A stretch of 64,000 bases of DNA, taken from positions 5,624 through 69,623 of the forward strand of contig DVHC01000062.1 of NCBI GenBank assembly GCA_018712385.1. The letters run 5' to 3'. This document shows, in pieces, positions 32,196-41,902 of the stretch (the first letter of the stretch is position 1; each line of letters begins with the position of its first letter). The notes below the pieces were generated by a model. That model ran no database searches and was not told the origin of the DNA. It was given only the letters and a program-made list of their open reading frames with translations. Made by a program: the position numbers and the translations under genes. The DNA comes from Candidatus Onthousia excrementipullorum (lineage in GTDB: Bacteria; Bacillota_I; Bacilli_A; RF39; UBA660).

Positions 32196-32782
32196 CACAT
32201 TTTTGCAACTATTATATAAAAACCTTTACTTTTATTAACAATACTTACATCATAGTATTTTTTTAAGTCGGAAATTGTCGACTTAGCACCTTGTTCTTTT
32301 CTTATTACTAAATACATTACACCATCAGGCTCCAAATGACTTCTAGCATTGAGCAAGATATCATAAACTATTTTTTTACCTGCTCTAATCGGTGGATTTG
32401 TAATAATAGTTTTATATTTTCTAGTGACGTTTTGATAACAGTCGCTAAGAAATGCATTTATATTAGTACATTTATTTTCTTTAATATTTCTTTTTGATAG
32501 ATGTAATGCTCTTTTATTAACATCTATCATATCAACTTCTAAGTTAGTTTTTTTATTAACAATAATTCCTAGTACCCCATAACCACAACCAACATCAAGT
32601 ACTGGTCCTTTTAATTCGTCATATGGCAAAGACTCTAAGAGCAATCTGCTACCATAGTCAAGACCATGTTTGGCAAAGACACCATTATCCGTATAAAAAA
32701 TAAAGTTTTGATTAAAAATGGTTGTTGTAGTTTTCTTTAAATTACTAGGGAAATTCTGGTCATTTTCAAAATAATGACTCAT
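32192..32782 (-). CDS. ybxB: class I SAM-dependent methyltransferase, YbxB/RsmC-like (conserved between rplL and rpoB in Firmicutes)
   Basis: VLDVGCGYGVLG (motif I) and ITNPPIRAGK (NPPI/Y motif). Start refined to MSHYFEND at 32782, with GAGGTGA 5 nt upstream. Confidence 0.75.
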   Translation of the reverse strand: MSHYFENDQNFPSNLKKTTTTIFNQNFIFYTDNGVFAKHGLDYGSRLLLESLPYDELKGPVLDVGCGYGVLGIIVNKKTNLEVDMIDVNKRALHLSKRNIKENKCTNINAFLSDCYQNVTRKYKTIITNPPIRAGKKIVYDILLNARSHLEPDGVMYLVIRKEQGAKSTISDLKKYYDVSIVNKSKGFYIIVAKMC

Positions 32783-32874
32783 TAACATCACCTCTAAACA
32801 AAGAAAGAGACAAGCCATTATACTAAAAGTATATAGTTTGTCTCCTTTCGTAGTGTTATAATACACTATTTTTC

Positions 32875-33783
32875 CTATTTCGTCAACACTTTTTTTCGAA
32901 GTTCTTCTCTAAAATTGCTATTTGACAGTTTTGAAGTTATATCAAGGTAGTCAGAACTTCTTAAATATTCTTTCTTTAACTCCTTATCATTAAAAGCATA
33001 TTTAACAAATTTATCTTTAAATTTTGATAGTTCATTATTAACATCAGCATTATCTATAATTCCAAGTGAATAGTTTTCGGCGAGAAAGTTTAGATAAACA
33101 TTAACTAAATAGTTAGATAAAATATTCATTAAGTTTATTGCTTCTTTGCTTTCATAGTCATAGTTATCTAGTTTATCCATCATTGTAATAAAACCAATAG
33201 CTTCTTGTTTTGATGAATGTTTAGATAAAAATTCAATGAGTCCAATAAGGTCATTAGAAGTATACATATTTCGCATCTTTTCTTTTCCTAACATTAACTC
33301 AACTTTACTTACAATATTAGCTTCTATCATATATAAAATCTCATCATCAAAATAGCGATTCGTTAATAAATCTGTATATCCTTCATCAAATGAATTAGCA
33401 ATATCATAAAGTAGACCATATTGATTGAATCCAGAAAAAATGTGATTACTATCCATTTTATAAAGTGTAAATACATGAAACAATTCATGATATATATCTT
33501 TTTTCTTCTTTAATCTTATTTTATTTTTTCTAATTAAATAATCAGAATTTGAATGTTTCTTTATTTTTAATGTTTCTAACTTTTCATTTGGATATCTAAA
33601 ATTAAAATCAATACTAGTCTTATTTATAAATCTTTTTATATATGGTTTATATTCTTCTCCTATGTTAAGTTCATCAATATCCGTTGTTATCTTTTGTTTA
33701 TTTAAAATTGGCGGTGAAATGGTTATTTCTTTTAGTAGAAAGATACACTTTAATTTATTAATTTTTAAATTTTTAATTGCCAT
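32875..33783 (-). CDS. hypothetical protein with an HExxH motif (possible zinc metallopeptidase)
   Basis: 302 aa; HELFH at about residue 100 with an acidic residue about 35 aa later. Confidence 0.4.
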   Translation of the reverse strand: MAIKNLKINKLKCIFLLKEITISPPILNKQKITTDIDELNIGEEYKPYIKRFINKTSIDFNFRYPNEKLETLKIKKHSNSDYLIRKNKIRLKKKKDIYHELFHVFTLYKMDSNHIFSGFNQYGLLYDIANSFDEGYTDLLTNRYFDDEILYMIEANIVSKVELMLGKEKMRNMYTSNDLIGLIEFLSKHSSKQEAIGFITMMDKLDNYDYESKEAINLMNILSNYLVNVYLNFLAENYSLGIIDNADVNNELSKFKDKFVKYAFNDKELKKEYLRSSDYLDITSKLSNSNFREELRKKVLTK

Positions 33784-33844
33784 AGTTAACCCTCTTTTCT
33801 AAGCGGGTATTATATTAACACACTTGAAAAGAAAATAAAAGCTT

Positions 33845-34492
33845 TTAATAACATGTTACTCTTATAATAATAGTTATCATTGTAACTAGAAGGTATAATG
33901 TGGATATCATAAATACAAGATAACTTATAGCATGATGATTTAATAATTTCTTTTTAATAATAGTTCTTACAAACTTGAACATGGTAAAGACTATAAGTAT
34001 TACTAGGGGTATTAATAATAAAGATAGATAAATTGTATGGCTATTGTTTGATAATGCTACTGGTAGGAAAAATGGGAATAAAATACTAACTCCTACAAAG
34101 ATACTAAAGTATAAGTTTAGTATTATAGATAGTAAAGAGAAGTTCTTATAATATAGGAATAATGCTAGAGGTATAAATATTATTAACCAGATAGGATAGG
34201 CAGTTATAAGTTTGAAAAGGAAAGGATAATCTTCAATATAAGTAAAGTAATAGTAACTTAAAAAGTATGCTAGTAATATTATGATGATACTTATAATTAA
34301 AAGAGGTATTTCTTTATTAAAACTAAACTTCTTATTTCTTACATCATCTTTAAAACTTTCATATGAACTTTTCTTTAAATCGACTTCTTTTATATCTTTA
34401 TATATTTCTTTATTTATCGCTCCACAGTTAGGGCAACTAAACAAATTATCTTGGTATTCACTTTTACAATTAGGACATTTCATATCTCTCAC
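33845..34492 (-). CDS. membrane protein with N-terminal double zinc ribbon and 4-5 TM helices
   Basis: 215 aa; CPNCKSEYQDNLFSCPNCGA followed by multiple hydrophobic helices. Confidence 0.5.
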   Translation of the reverse strand: MRDMKCPNCKSEYQDNLFSCPNCGAINKEIYKDIKEVDLKKSSYESFKDDVRNKKFSFNKEIPLLIISIIIILLAYFLSYYYFTYIEDYPFLFKLITAYPIWLIIFIPLALFLYYKNFSLLSIILNLYFSIFVGVSILFPFFLPVALSNNSHTIYLSLLLIPLVILIVFTMFKFVRTIIKKKLLNHHAISYLVFMISTLYLLVTMITIIIRVTCY

Positions 34493-34547
34493 CTTTATTT
34501 TAGTATAGCAAGCTTTGCTAAAAAGAAAAAGAGGTTTGCTTCCTCTT

Positions 34548-35258
34548 CTACTCGTTATTACTTGTATTATTTATCATAGGTGCTAAATCATAAAGGGTTC
34601 CATCTTTAGTTTGAGCTAATACTGTGACACCACTACTTGTTCCAGATGTAACACTTGCTGTATAGAATTTAACAACATCTTTAACGTTTGATATAGTTTG
34701 ATATGTGGCAAGTCCTTCTGCTCCATTAGTAGATAAGGTTTGATATACAGGAATATAGGCAATTGTTCCATCTTCCATTAGAAATAATATAATATCTCCT
34801 GTTCTATCTTGGCCAATACCACTAAATAAAACATCATTTACTTTGTTATTAAAAGTTATTGTCTGACTTTCTAAAACACCTTCTTCTACACCAGTTAGGT
34901 CCCAATTTAGTAGATATGTATTAGAAAGTGTAGCTCTATTATAACTTAAAGTAGCAACTTTACCTGTTTCATCAATGCTGATATTAATAGTTCCACTATA
35001 ATTTGCTAAAGTATATGAACTTTCTCCACCATTCTTTATATTACTAGTGTCAAATTCTAAAGAACTAGCACTTGTATCTTCTTCTGTTTGGTCATTATTA
35101 GTGGCATTATCATTTTCAGTATCAACTTTTTCTTCTTTGCCATTAAATGTTAAATAGCCTAATTCATATGTTGCAAAGACTACACCACCACATATTATTA
35201 TTCCTAATAGTATCCCTACAAAAACATGTAACCCAGTTTTACTCTTCTTATTTTCCAT
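34548..35258 (-). CDS. membrane-anchored extracytoplasmic protein (N-terminal TM, Thr/Ser-rich ectodomain)
   Basis: 236 aa; the LHVFVGILLGIIICGGVVFAT TM anchor, then a hydrophilic domain. Unknown family. Confidence 0.45.
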   Translation of the reverse strand: MENKKSKTGLHVFVGILLGIIICGGVVFATYELGYLTFNGKEEKVDTENDNATNNDQTEEDTSASSLEFDTSNIKNGGESSYTLANYSGTINISIDETGKVATLSYNRATLSNTYLLNWDLTGVEEGVLESQTITFNNKVNDVLFSGIGQDRTGDIILFLMEDGTIAYIPVYQTLSTNGAEGLATYQTISNVKDVVKFYTASVTSGTSSGVTVLAQTKDGTLYDLAPMINNTSNNE

Positions 35259-35301
35259 TTTTTCACCTTCCTTATGATAATTTTAACATAAAAAATTACA
35301 T

Positions 35302-35334
35302 AAAAAAAGAAGTTGATGCTAACTACTTAACTTC
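35302..35334 (-). terminator. intrinsic terminator/attenuator after rplL
   Basis: GAAGUU...AACUUC stem overlapping the last rplL codons, followed by U7 on the minus strand (plus 35302-35308 A-run). Confidence 0.55.
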
Positions 35335-35694
35335 AACAGTAGCACCAGCTTCTTCTAATTTAGCTTTGATTTCATTAGCTTCTTCAACAGAAATGTTTTC
35401 TTTAATTGGTGAACCAGCATTGTCAACTAAATCTTTAGATTCTTTTAATCCTAGTCCTGTAATTTCACGAACTACTTTGATAACTGCAACTTTAGCAGCT
35501 CCAGCATCAGTAATTGATACTGTAACTGTAGATGGTCCAGCATCTTCAGTAGTAGCAGCTCCTGGAGCAGCAACTGCAACAGCTGATGGATCTACACCAA
35601 ACTCTTCTTTCATTGCGTCTACTAATTCTTTAATTTCTAAAAGATTCATTTCTTTTAATGAGCTAATAAATTCTTCTTTTGTTAATTTTGCCAT
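35323..35694 (-). CDS. rplL: 50S ribosomal protein L7/L12
   Basis: [34 protein letters not shown]... Start refined to 35694 (AAGGAGG upstream); this removes the track overlap with rplJ. Confidence 0.93.
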   Translation of the reverse strand: MAKLTKEEFISSLKEMNLLEIKELVDAMKEEFGVDPSAVAVAAPGAATTEDAGPSTVTVSITDAGAAKVAVIKVVREITGLGLKESKDLVDNAGSPIKENISVEEANEIKAKLEEAGATVEVK

Positions 35695-35713
35695 TCTATT
35701 TTCCTCCTTATAA

Positions 35714-36214
35714 TTAATTTTCTTCTTTTTCTTTTTGTTCACTGTATAAATTTAAGCAGATAGATAGGTCGCGAACAAGTCCTATCATACCACCTGCAAG
35801 CATAGTAAGTAAGCCATCTCTTGATGGAATCTTTGCATATTCAGCAAGTTTTGCTTCGTCTGCAACTTCACCATCAACATAACCAATCTTTAAAGTTAAT
35901 GCTTCATGGTCTTTAGCAAAATCAGATAATACTTTGATTGGAGCTATTTGGTCTGTACTATAAGCAAATGCACTTGGTCCTTCTAAAGCAGAAGTTACAT
36001 CGATATCTAAATCTTTAAAAGCTCTAGCCATTAAAGTATTTTTATATACTTTATAACTTGCTCCGGCATCTCTTAAGGCACGTCTTAGCTCTTTAATCTC
36101 AGCATCTGTTAGACCACGATAATCAAATAATACAAAAGTAGCATTATTATTAACATTATCTTTAATTTCATCAATAACTTCTTGCTTCTTTGCTAAGATT
36201 TTTTGATTAGCCAT
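35714..36214 (-). CDS. rplJ: 50S ribosomal protein L10
   Basis: 166 aa; L10 homology, located between rplA and rplL. Confidence 0.93.
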   Translation of the reverse strand: MANQKILAKKQEVIDEIKDNVNNNATFVLFDYRGLTDAEIKELRRALRDAGASYKVYKNTLMARAFKDLDIDVTSALEGPSAFAYSTDQIAPIKVLSDFAKDHEALTLKIGYVDGEVADEAKLAEYAKIPSRDGLLTMLAGGMIGLVRDLSICLNLYSEQKEKEEN

Positions 36215-36389
36215 ATTTTCCCTCCTATTTTTTAGTCAGTTTATAGCACCGTTTAATAATTTAAAAGTTCTTGAGACTACCCCCAAGAACTTTTATTTAT
36301 AAAAATTAGTCCTCGGTAGGATTTACGTTTTTACCTACTGTCTTGGGTACTTGTTAACTGATTTCTTTCTTATTATATTCTATAATCTT
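36215..36389 (-). promoter_or_regulatory. rplJ leader (L10-L12 autoregulatory leader with hairpins)
   Basis: A 175-nt non-coding gap between rplA and rplJ containing two stem-loops (aagttcttg...caagaactt, then ggtagg...cctact). Confidence 0.45.
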
Positions 36390-37088
36390 CTATTTGTCAA
36401 AAGAATTAATTTGAATCTTAATTCCAGGACCCATAGTAGATGAAATAGATATATTTTTAATATAGTCTCCTTTTACTGTAGCAGGTTTAATTTTAATAAT
36501 TTGATTTACTACAGCGTTAAGGTTTGCTAATAGGTCTTCTTCAGAAAATGATACTTTACCAATGATAGTATGGATATTACCAAAACTATCTGTACGGTAT
36601 TCAACACGTCCTGCTTTAGCATCTGATACAGCTTTAGCAACATCTGTTGTTACTGTTCCTGTTTTAGGGTTAGGCATTAATCCTTTTGGTCCAAGGATAC
36701 GTCCTAATTTACCAAGTAAAGGCATCATATCTGGAGTTGCAATCATAGTATCAAATTCAAACCAATTTTCATTAGCAATTTTATCTAAGTAATCTTGGTC
36801 TCCAACATAATCAGCACCAGCATCTTTAGCAGCTTTAGCATTATCACCTTTAGCAATAACTAAAACACGGTTTGTTTTACCTGTTCCTTTAGGTAGAACA
36901 ATAGCACCACGTAATTGTTGGTCTGCTTTTTTAGTATCAAGATTTAAGTTCATTGCAACTTCTACTGAAGAATCAAACTTAGTAATACTAGTTTCTTTAA
37001 CTAATTTTACGGCTTCTTCTTTAGTATATAGTTTATTCTTTTCTACTTTAGTAGCAGCTTCACTATATTTTCTACTTCTCTTTTTCAT
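36390..37088 (-). CDS. rplA: 50S ribosomal protein L1
   Basis: 232 aa with L1 homology. Confidence 0.95.
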   Translation of the reverse strand: MKKRSRKYSEAATKVEKNKLYTKEEAVKLVKETSITKFDSSVEVAMNLNLDTKKADQQLRGAIVLPKGTGKTNRVLVIAKGDNAKAAKDAGADYVGDQDYLDKIANENWFEFDTMIATPDMMPLLGKLGRILGPKGLMPNPKTGTVTTDVAKAVSDAKAGRVEYRTDSFGNIHTIIGKVSFSEEDLLANLNAVVNQIIKIKPATVKGDYIKNISISSTMGPGIKIQINSFDK

Positions 37089-37170
37089 TATTTTTCCTCC
37101 TTATGTGGTTATTCGGGTAAGCAATTAGTGTTACATCCTCCCACATAGGTATAACCTATATGTTTAGTTT

Positions 37171-37611
37171 TTAATCTTCTTTCTTTTCTTCTACGGCAAC
37201 ACCCATGTTTTTAGCTGTTCCAATTACTGTCTTCTTAGCAGCTTCTAAATCATAGCAGTTTAAGTCTGGTAATTTGATTTCAGCTATTTCTGTAACTTGA
37301 GCGTCTGTAAGTGTTGCAACTGTTTCATTCTTTCCTTTAGTTGAGCCTTTACTAATCTTTGTAAATTTCTTTATCAAAGATGGTGTAGGTGGAGTCTTAA
37401 TTACAAAATCAAAACTTCTATCATCATATATAGATATCTCAACTGGAATAATATCTCCAATCTTATCTTTAGTTGCATCGTTATATTTTGTACAAAATTC
37501 CTGTAAATTGATTCCAGCAGGTCCTAAAACTGTTCCAACTGGTGGAGCAGGTGTTGCTTTTCCTGCAGGAATTTCCAACTTGATTTTCTTTACAACTTCT
37601 TTCTTTGCCAC
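37171..37611 (-). CDS. rplK: 50S ribosomal protein L11 (GTG start)
   Basis: VAKKEVVKKIKLEIPAGKATPAPPVGTVLGP is the L11 N-terminus. AAGGATG lies 7 nt upstream of the GTG at 37611. Confidence 0.93.
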   Translation of the reverse strand: MAKKEVVKKIKLEIPAGKATPAPPVGTVLGPAGINLQEFCTKYNDATKDKIGDIIPVEISIYDDRSFDFVIKTPPTPSLIKKFTKISKGSTKGKNETVATLTDAQVTEIAEIKLPDLNCYDLEAAKKTVIGTAKNMGVAVEEKKED

Positions 37612-37756
37612 GAAAAACACATCCTTTCTTACTCGTTTTCGCGAGTGGTTATAGTAGCTTTTCAATATCAAGAATGTTAAATCCTGATATTTTGCATTTA
37701 ATGCACTTTTTGCTTCCCACTAATATTAATCTATATCAAATTAATATAGCCCCTAA

Positions 37757-37785
37757 ATAATAGCATAATTTTTCTTGTTTGACAA
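37757..37785 (-). promoter_or_regulatory. sigma-A promoter of the rplK-rplA operon, followed by a 140-nt leader (probable L1 autoregulatory site)
   Basis: Minus strand TTGTCA (37785-37780), 17-nt spacer, TATTAT (37762-37757). Confidence 0.55.
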
Positions 37786-37790
37786 GACTT

Positions 37791-38324
37791 TTATGCTTTT
37801 TCTATTTGTGTTAATTCAACTTCAACTTGAGTTTCTTGTCCAAACAAGTCAACATTAAGAACAATTTTCTCATTAGCACTATCAACTTCTTCGATAACTC
37901 CATACATTCCTGTAAATGGTCCACCAATGATTTTAACTTTAGTTCCTGGTTGTAATTCTTTATCAATATCAATTCTGCTAATACCCATGTTCTTTAAGAT
38001 ATGGTCTACTTCACTAGGTTGTAATGGAGTAGGTTTTGCACCTTTACCACTTGAACCGATAAAGCCTGTAACTCCTGGAGTATTACGGACTATATACCAA
38101 GCTTCATCTGTCATAATCATTTCTACTAAGATATATCCTGGGAATAGTTTCTTTACTTTAGTCTTTTTTACTCCATCTTTAATCTCAGTTTCTTCTTGTT
38201 CTGGAACAATTACTCTAAATATATAATCTTGCATATTCATAGATTCAGCACGCATTAAAAGTTTTTCTTGAACTTTCTTTTCATGTCCTGAATAAGTATT
38301 AACGACATACCATTGTTTTTCCAT
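37791..38324 (-). CDS. nusG: transcription termination/antitermination factor NusG
   Basis: MEKQWYVVNTYSGHEKKV plus a C-terminal KOW domain. Start refined to 38324. Confidence 0.93.
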   Translation of the reverse strand: MEKQWYVVNTYSGHEKKVQEKLLMRAESMNMQDYIFRVIVPEQEETEIKDGVKKTKVKKLFPGYILVEMIMTDEAWYIVRNTPGVTGFIGSSGKGAKPTPLQPSEVDHILKNMGISRIDIDKELQPGTKVKIIGGPFTGMYGVIEEVDSANEKIVLNVDLFGQETQVEVELTQIEKA

Positions 38325-38339
38325 AATCATGTTTCCTTT

Positions 38340-38636
38340 CTATTTACCTAATGAGTGTAGTGCTGCTAATATTACATCTATTAAATAGAAGAATAATGAA
38401 CAACAGATAATAAATACTATTGTTGCAATAGAGTATTTAACCATTTCTTTTCTTGATGGCCATTTTACTCGCTTAAACTCTGTTTTAACTCCACTAAAAA
38501 AGTTAGCTATTCTTTCAAATATATTTCCCTTTTCTTTCTTTTTTCCTTTAGAAGAAGTCTTTTTAGTTTCTTTTTTAGATACTTCTTTTAAAGAGTCTTT
38601 TTTCATTTCTTTAGTTTCTTCTTTTTTCTTTGCCAT
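38340..38636 (-). CDS. secE: preprotein translocase subunit SecE with an unusually long Lys-rich N-terminal extension
   Basis: C-terminal TM plus FFSGVKTEFKRVKWPSRKE is the SecE signature. The N-terminal 45 aa are KKKEETKEMKK-rich. Start at the ATG at 38636, with AAAGGAAG 8 nt upstream. Confidence 0.85.
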   Translation of the reverse strand: MAKKKEETKEMKKDSLKEVSKKETKKTSSKGKKKEKGNIFERIANFFSGVKTEFKRVKWPSRKEMVKYSIATIVFIICCSLFFYLIDVILAALHSLGK

Positions 38637-38695
38637 ATACACATCTTCCTTTGTATTTTTTTCTAAAAGAAAAACACTTCTCAGTGCTTAAGCAT

Positions 38696-38724
38696 ACATT
38701 ACCACAAAGTGTTTTCTTAGTCAA
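38696..38724 (-). promoter_or_regulatory. sigma-A promoter of the secE-nusG operon
   Basis: Minus strand TTGACT (38724-38719), 17-nt spacer, TGgTAATGT (extended -10; TAATGT at 38701-38696). Confidence 0.5.
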
Positions 38725-38797
38725 TACTTTTTCCACAAATATTGTTAATAATCTTTTTATCTTCTATACTTTTTTTACAGTTTCTGTGGAAAATATA

Positions 38798-40750
38798 CTA
38801 TTCACTCTTCATTTCAAATAAAGCATTCCTTAATTCCATGGCACGTTCAAAGTCAAGGTTCTTAGCTGCTTCTTTCATTTCTGTTTCAATTCGCTCTATT
38901 TCTAGCATTTTTTCTTGTTTAGTTAGTTTCTTTTTAGGTTTAGTAGAGTCTTTAGTATCAACATTACTTATTACTTCTCTTATTTCTTTTTCAATTGTTT
39001 TAGGAACAATACCATGTTCTTTATTATATGCTTCTTGTATTTCCCGACGACGTTTTGTCTCTTTAATGGCTTTATCCATAGAGTCTGTTATATTATCAGC
39101 ATACATAATAACATGTCCATTTGCATTTCTAGCACAACGTCCTATTGTTTGGATAAGACTTCTCTCACTTCTTAAGAATCCTTCTTTATCAGCATCTAAT
39201 ATAGCGATTAAGGATACTTCGGGAATATCTATTCCTTCACGTAAAAGGTTAATTCCAACAACGACATCATAGATACCACATCTTAAGTCATGAATAATTT
39301 GCAAACGTTCTAGAGTTTTAATTTCTGTATGAAGGTATGCTACTTTAATATCTAAGTCTTTTAAGTAGTTAGTTAACTCTTCACTCATTCTAATAGTTAA
39401 AGTTGTAATTAAGACTCTTTCATTCTTCTTAATACGGTCATTTATCTCTCCTACTAAGTCATCTATTTGTCCTTCTGTCTTTCTAACTTCAATAGTTGGG
39501 TCAAGTAGTCCTGTAGGTCTAATGATTTGTTCAACATACTCACCATGTGTTTTTTCAAGTTCATAATCACCTGGGGTTGCAGATACATAGATGGCTTGTT
39601 TTATCTTCTTTTCAAACTCATCAAATTTTAAAGGTCTGTTATCAAGGGCACTAGGTAAGCGGAATCCATAATCAACTAGATTTTGTTTTCTTGCCCTATC
39701 ACCATTATACATTCCTCTTACTTGAGGTAAGGTTACGTGGGACTCATCTACTATTAAAAGATAATCATCACCGAAGAAGTCCATAAGAGTTGTAGGAGTT
39801 TCACCTGGTTTACGTCCTGCCATAGGTGCTGAATAGTTTTCAATACCATGACAGAATCCTGTTTCTTCTAGCATTTCTATATCATAGTTAGTTCTTTGTT
39901 CAAGACGTTCTGCTGCTAGTAACTTATTTTGACTCTTAAGTTCTTCTAAACGTTCTGCTAGTTCTTTTTTTATCCTTTTAATTGCCTCTTTTAATTTATC
40001 ATCACTAATTACAAAGTGACTAGCTGGAAAGATACTAATATTTTTCTTATTAGAGATTACTGTTCCTGTTAAGACATCTATTTCACTAATTCTATCTATT
40101 TCACTACCAAAGAACTCTATTCTATAACCTGTTTGATTTTGATTAGTAGGAATTATTTCTAAGACATCTCCTCTTACTCTAAAAGTACCACGATGAAAGT
40201 CTAAATCATTTCTTGCATATTGCATTTCCACAAGTTTTACTAAAACTTCATTTCTCTCTATTTCTTCTCCTACTCTTAGAGTTAACATTTTATTTTTATA
40301 CTCTTCTACTTCTCCAATACCATAGATACAAGAGACACTAGCAACAACGATGGTATCTTTTGATGATAATAGGGCAGAGGTTGCAGCATGTCTTAATTCA
40401 TCTATTTCATCATTTATAGATGAGTCTTTTTCAATATAAGTATCAGTGCTAGGAACATAAGCTTCCGGTTGGTAATAGTCGTAGTAAGAAACGAAATACT
40501 CCACATTATTTTCAGGGAATAACTCTTTCATTTCACTATAAAGTTGTCCTGCTAGAGTTTTATTATGGGCAAGGATTAAAGTTGGTTTGTTAACTTCTTT
40601 AATAACATTAGCCATAGTAAAAGTCTTACCTGTTCCTGTCGCTCCTAATAAAACTTGTTCTTTTTTACCATCTTTTATTCCTTCTACTAGTTCTTTTATC
40701 GCTTCAGGTTGGTCTCCACTCGGCTTAAATTTTGAGACTAATTTAAACAT
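38798..40750 (-). CDS. uvrB: excinuclease ABC subunit B
   Basis: 650 aa; the [10 protein letters not shown]-terminus and GATGTGKT Walker A box; helicase motifs are present. Confidence 0.95.
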   Translation of the reverse strand: MFKLVSKFKPSGDQPEAIKELVEGIKDGKKEQVLLGATGTGKTFTMANVIKEVNKPTLILAHNKTLAGQLYSEMKELFPENNVEYFVSYYDYYQPEAYVPSTDTYIEKDSSINDEIDELRHAATSALLSSKDTIVVASVSCIYGIGEVEEYKNKMLTLRVGEEIERNEVLVKLVEMQYARNDLDFHRGTFRVRGDVLEIIPTNQNQTGYRIEFFGSEIDRISEIDVLTGTVISNKKNISIFPASHFVISDDKLKEAIKRIKKELAERLEELKSQNKLLAAERLEQRTNYDIEMLEETGFCHGIENYSAPMAGRKPGETPTTLMDFFGDDYLLIVDESHVTLPQVRGMYNGDRARKQNLVDYGFRLPSALDNRPLKFDEFEKKIKQAIYVSATPGDYELEKTHGEYVEQIIRPTGLLDPTIEVRKTEGQIDDLVGEINDRIKKNERVLITTLTIRMSEELTNYLKDLDIKVAYLHTEIKTLERLQIIHDLRCGIYDVVVGINLLREGIDIPEVSLIAILDADKEGFLRSERSLIQTIGRCARNANGHVIMYADNITDSMDKAIKETKRRREIQEAYNKEHGIVPKTIEKEIREVISNVDTKDSTKPKKKLTKQEKMLEIERIETEMKEAAKNLDFERAMELRNALFEMKSE

Positions 40751-40812
40751 GGAATCACTCCTTTAAAGAATATGTAATACTTAATAACATATTTTATCAT
40801 TTATTTTATTAT

Positions 40813-40840
40813 AAAACAAGAAGACTTGTCTTCTTGTTTT
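40813..40840 (-). terminator. intrinsic terminator (perfect palindrome) after the lipoprotein gene
   Basis: aaaacaagaagac-tt-gtcttcttgtttt with 13-bp arms, followed by U-rich sequence on the minus strand. It overlaps the stop codon at 40839-40841. Confidence 0.7.
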
Positions 40841-41471
40841 AATCTAAATAATATAGTTTTAAATCTATACTATGTACAGTGGAACCAATACATTTAATTT
40901 CTAGCGAATAATAGTCATTCCTTCTTTGGAAAAAATCTTCGTCATTGTAATCATAATCCGTTGTAATTGTTGGTAATAATGAAGGAATTTCGCTAGTGTT
41001 TGTTTTTAAATCAATGCCAAATATAGAAATATTATCACTGCCTTCGCTTTGATTATTTTTATTAATTTTTAGAGCACTCATTTTTGTATTTGATAACTTT
41101 TCTATTGCAGCGGTACTATTAATATTTCCTGTTGTAGCTTCTAAGTCTTTAGCTTCTTCAATAGAGCCTTCAGGAAATCTTATTTCTAATGTGTAATCAT
41201 ATTTATCATTTATCAAATCATATGTTTGTGAAATAGCGCCTTGTACTTTCCAACCATCAGCAAATAGAACTCTTGACATATCTTCTAGATTGTATTCAAC
41301 ATTATTATAAAATACATTTATACTTGTTATTGAATCATTATCTATAGAACCTTCGCTAGTAGGACTTTTGATTTCACTACTTTCATTATTTTCTTGTGCT
41401 TCTTTAGCACCACATCCTGCAACTCCTAATATTAATATTCCACAAAATAAACAAAATAAAACTTTTTTCAT
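40839..41471 (-). CDS. lipoprotein (lipobox VAGC), Asn/Ser-rich, unknown function
   Basis: 210 aa; signal peptide MKKVLFCLFCGILILGVAGC. AGGAGAAAAA precedes the start. Confidence 0.6.
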   Translation of the reverse strand: MKKVLFCLFCGILILGVAGCGAKEAQENNESSEIKSPTSEGSIDNDSITSINVFYNNVEYNLEDMSRVLFADGWKVQGAISQTYDLINDKYDYTLEIRFPEGSIEEAKDLEATTGNINSTAAIEKLSNTKMSALKINKNNQSEGSDNISIFGIDLKTNTSEIPSLLPTITTDYDYNDEDFFQRRNDYYSLEIKCIGSTVHSIDLKLYYLD

Positions 41472-41608
41472 TTTTTCTCCTCTCTATACTTAGATTATAA
41501 CTTATTTTTGTTTATTTTAAAAGATTATATTTATTTTTAATGAAAAAGTTGTTATTAAAACTATTTTTATGAATAAAGGTCTCTAGTTCAAACTAAAGTG
41601 CTTTAAAT

Positions 41609-41902
41609 TTACATACCTATTAAATCAAAATTTATAGGGTCTTCTTTAAGTAGTTCAAGGATATTAGTATTAGAATATTTCTCTATTCTTTCCTTTATAG
41701 AGTTAACATCATCATAAAATAAATTAGGCTTCATTATAATAATATCTTTTATATTAGTGATCCCTATTAAGAGGAAGTAGTCTATTATTGATGATACTCT
41801 TTCTTCATTTAAATCTAACTCTAGTTTATCATCTTCATCTATAGAGCTAGTAATATCTCTTATATCTTCAGTAGTTAAGTTATATTTAGTTAAATACTCC
41901 AT
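41609..41902 (-). CDS. hypothetical protein (97 aa), last gene of a five-gene unknown operon
   Basis: Overlaps the upstream 620-aa gene by 13 nt. Confidence 0.45.
   Translation of the reverse strand: MEYLTKYNLTTEDIRDITSSIDEDDKLELDLNEERVSSIIDYFLLIGITNIKDIIIMKPNLFYDDVNSIKERIEKYSNTNILELLKEDPINFDLIGM

Noticed and set aside
35147-35713. 188-aa plus-strand ORF opposite rplL and the 236-aa gene
   Set aside because: It is antisense to rplL, whose identity is unambiguous, and has an Ala/Ser/Thr-rich mirror composition.
35694-35742. N-terminal extension of rplL ([16 protein letters not shown]) that overlaps rplJ
   Set aside because: L7/L12 begins MAKLTKEEF with AAGGAGG upstream. The extension would overlap the rplJ coding end and is poly-Lys from an A-rich intergenic region.
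38742-39272. 176-aa plus-strand ORF opposite uvrB, and 38630..38821
   Set aside because: They are antisense to uvrB/secE and have no independent signals.
40751-40812. LexA (Cheo box, GAAC-N4-GTTC) operator upstream of uvrB
   Set aside because: No GAAC-N4-GTTC-like element lies between the upstream terminator and the uvrB RBS. The only GAAC...GTTC palindrome nearby (45377-45400) has a 16-nt spacer and is better explained as a terminator.
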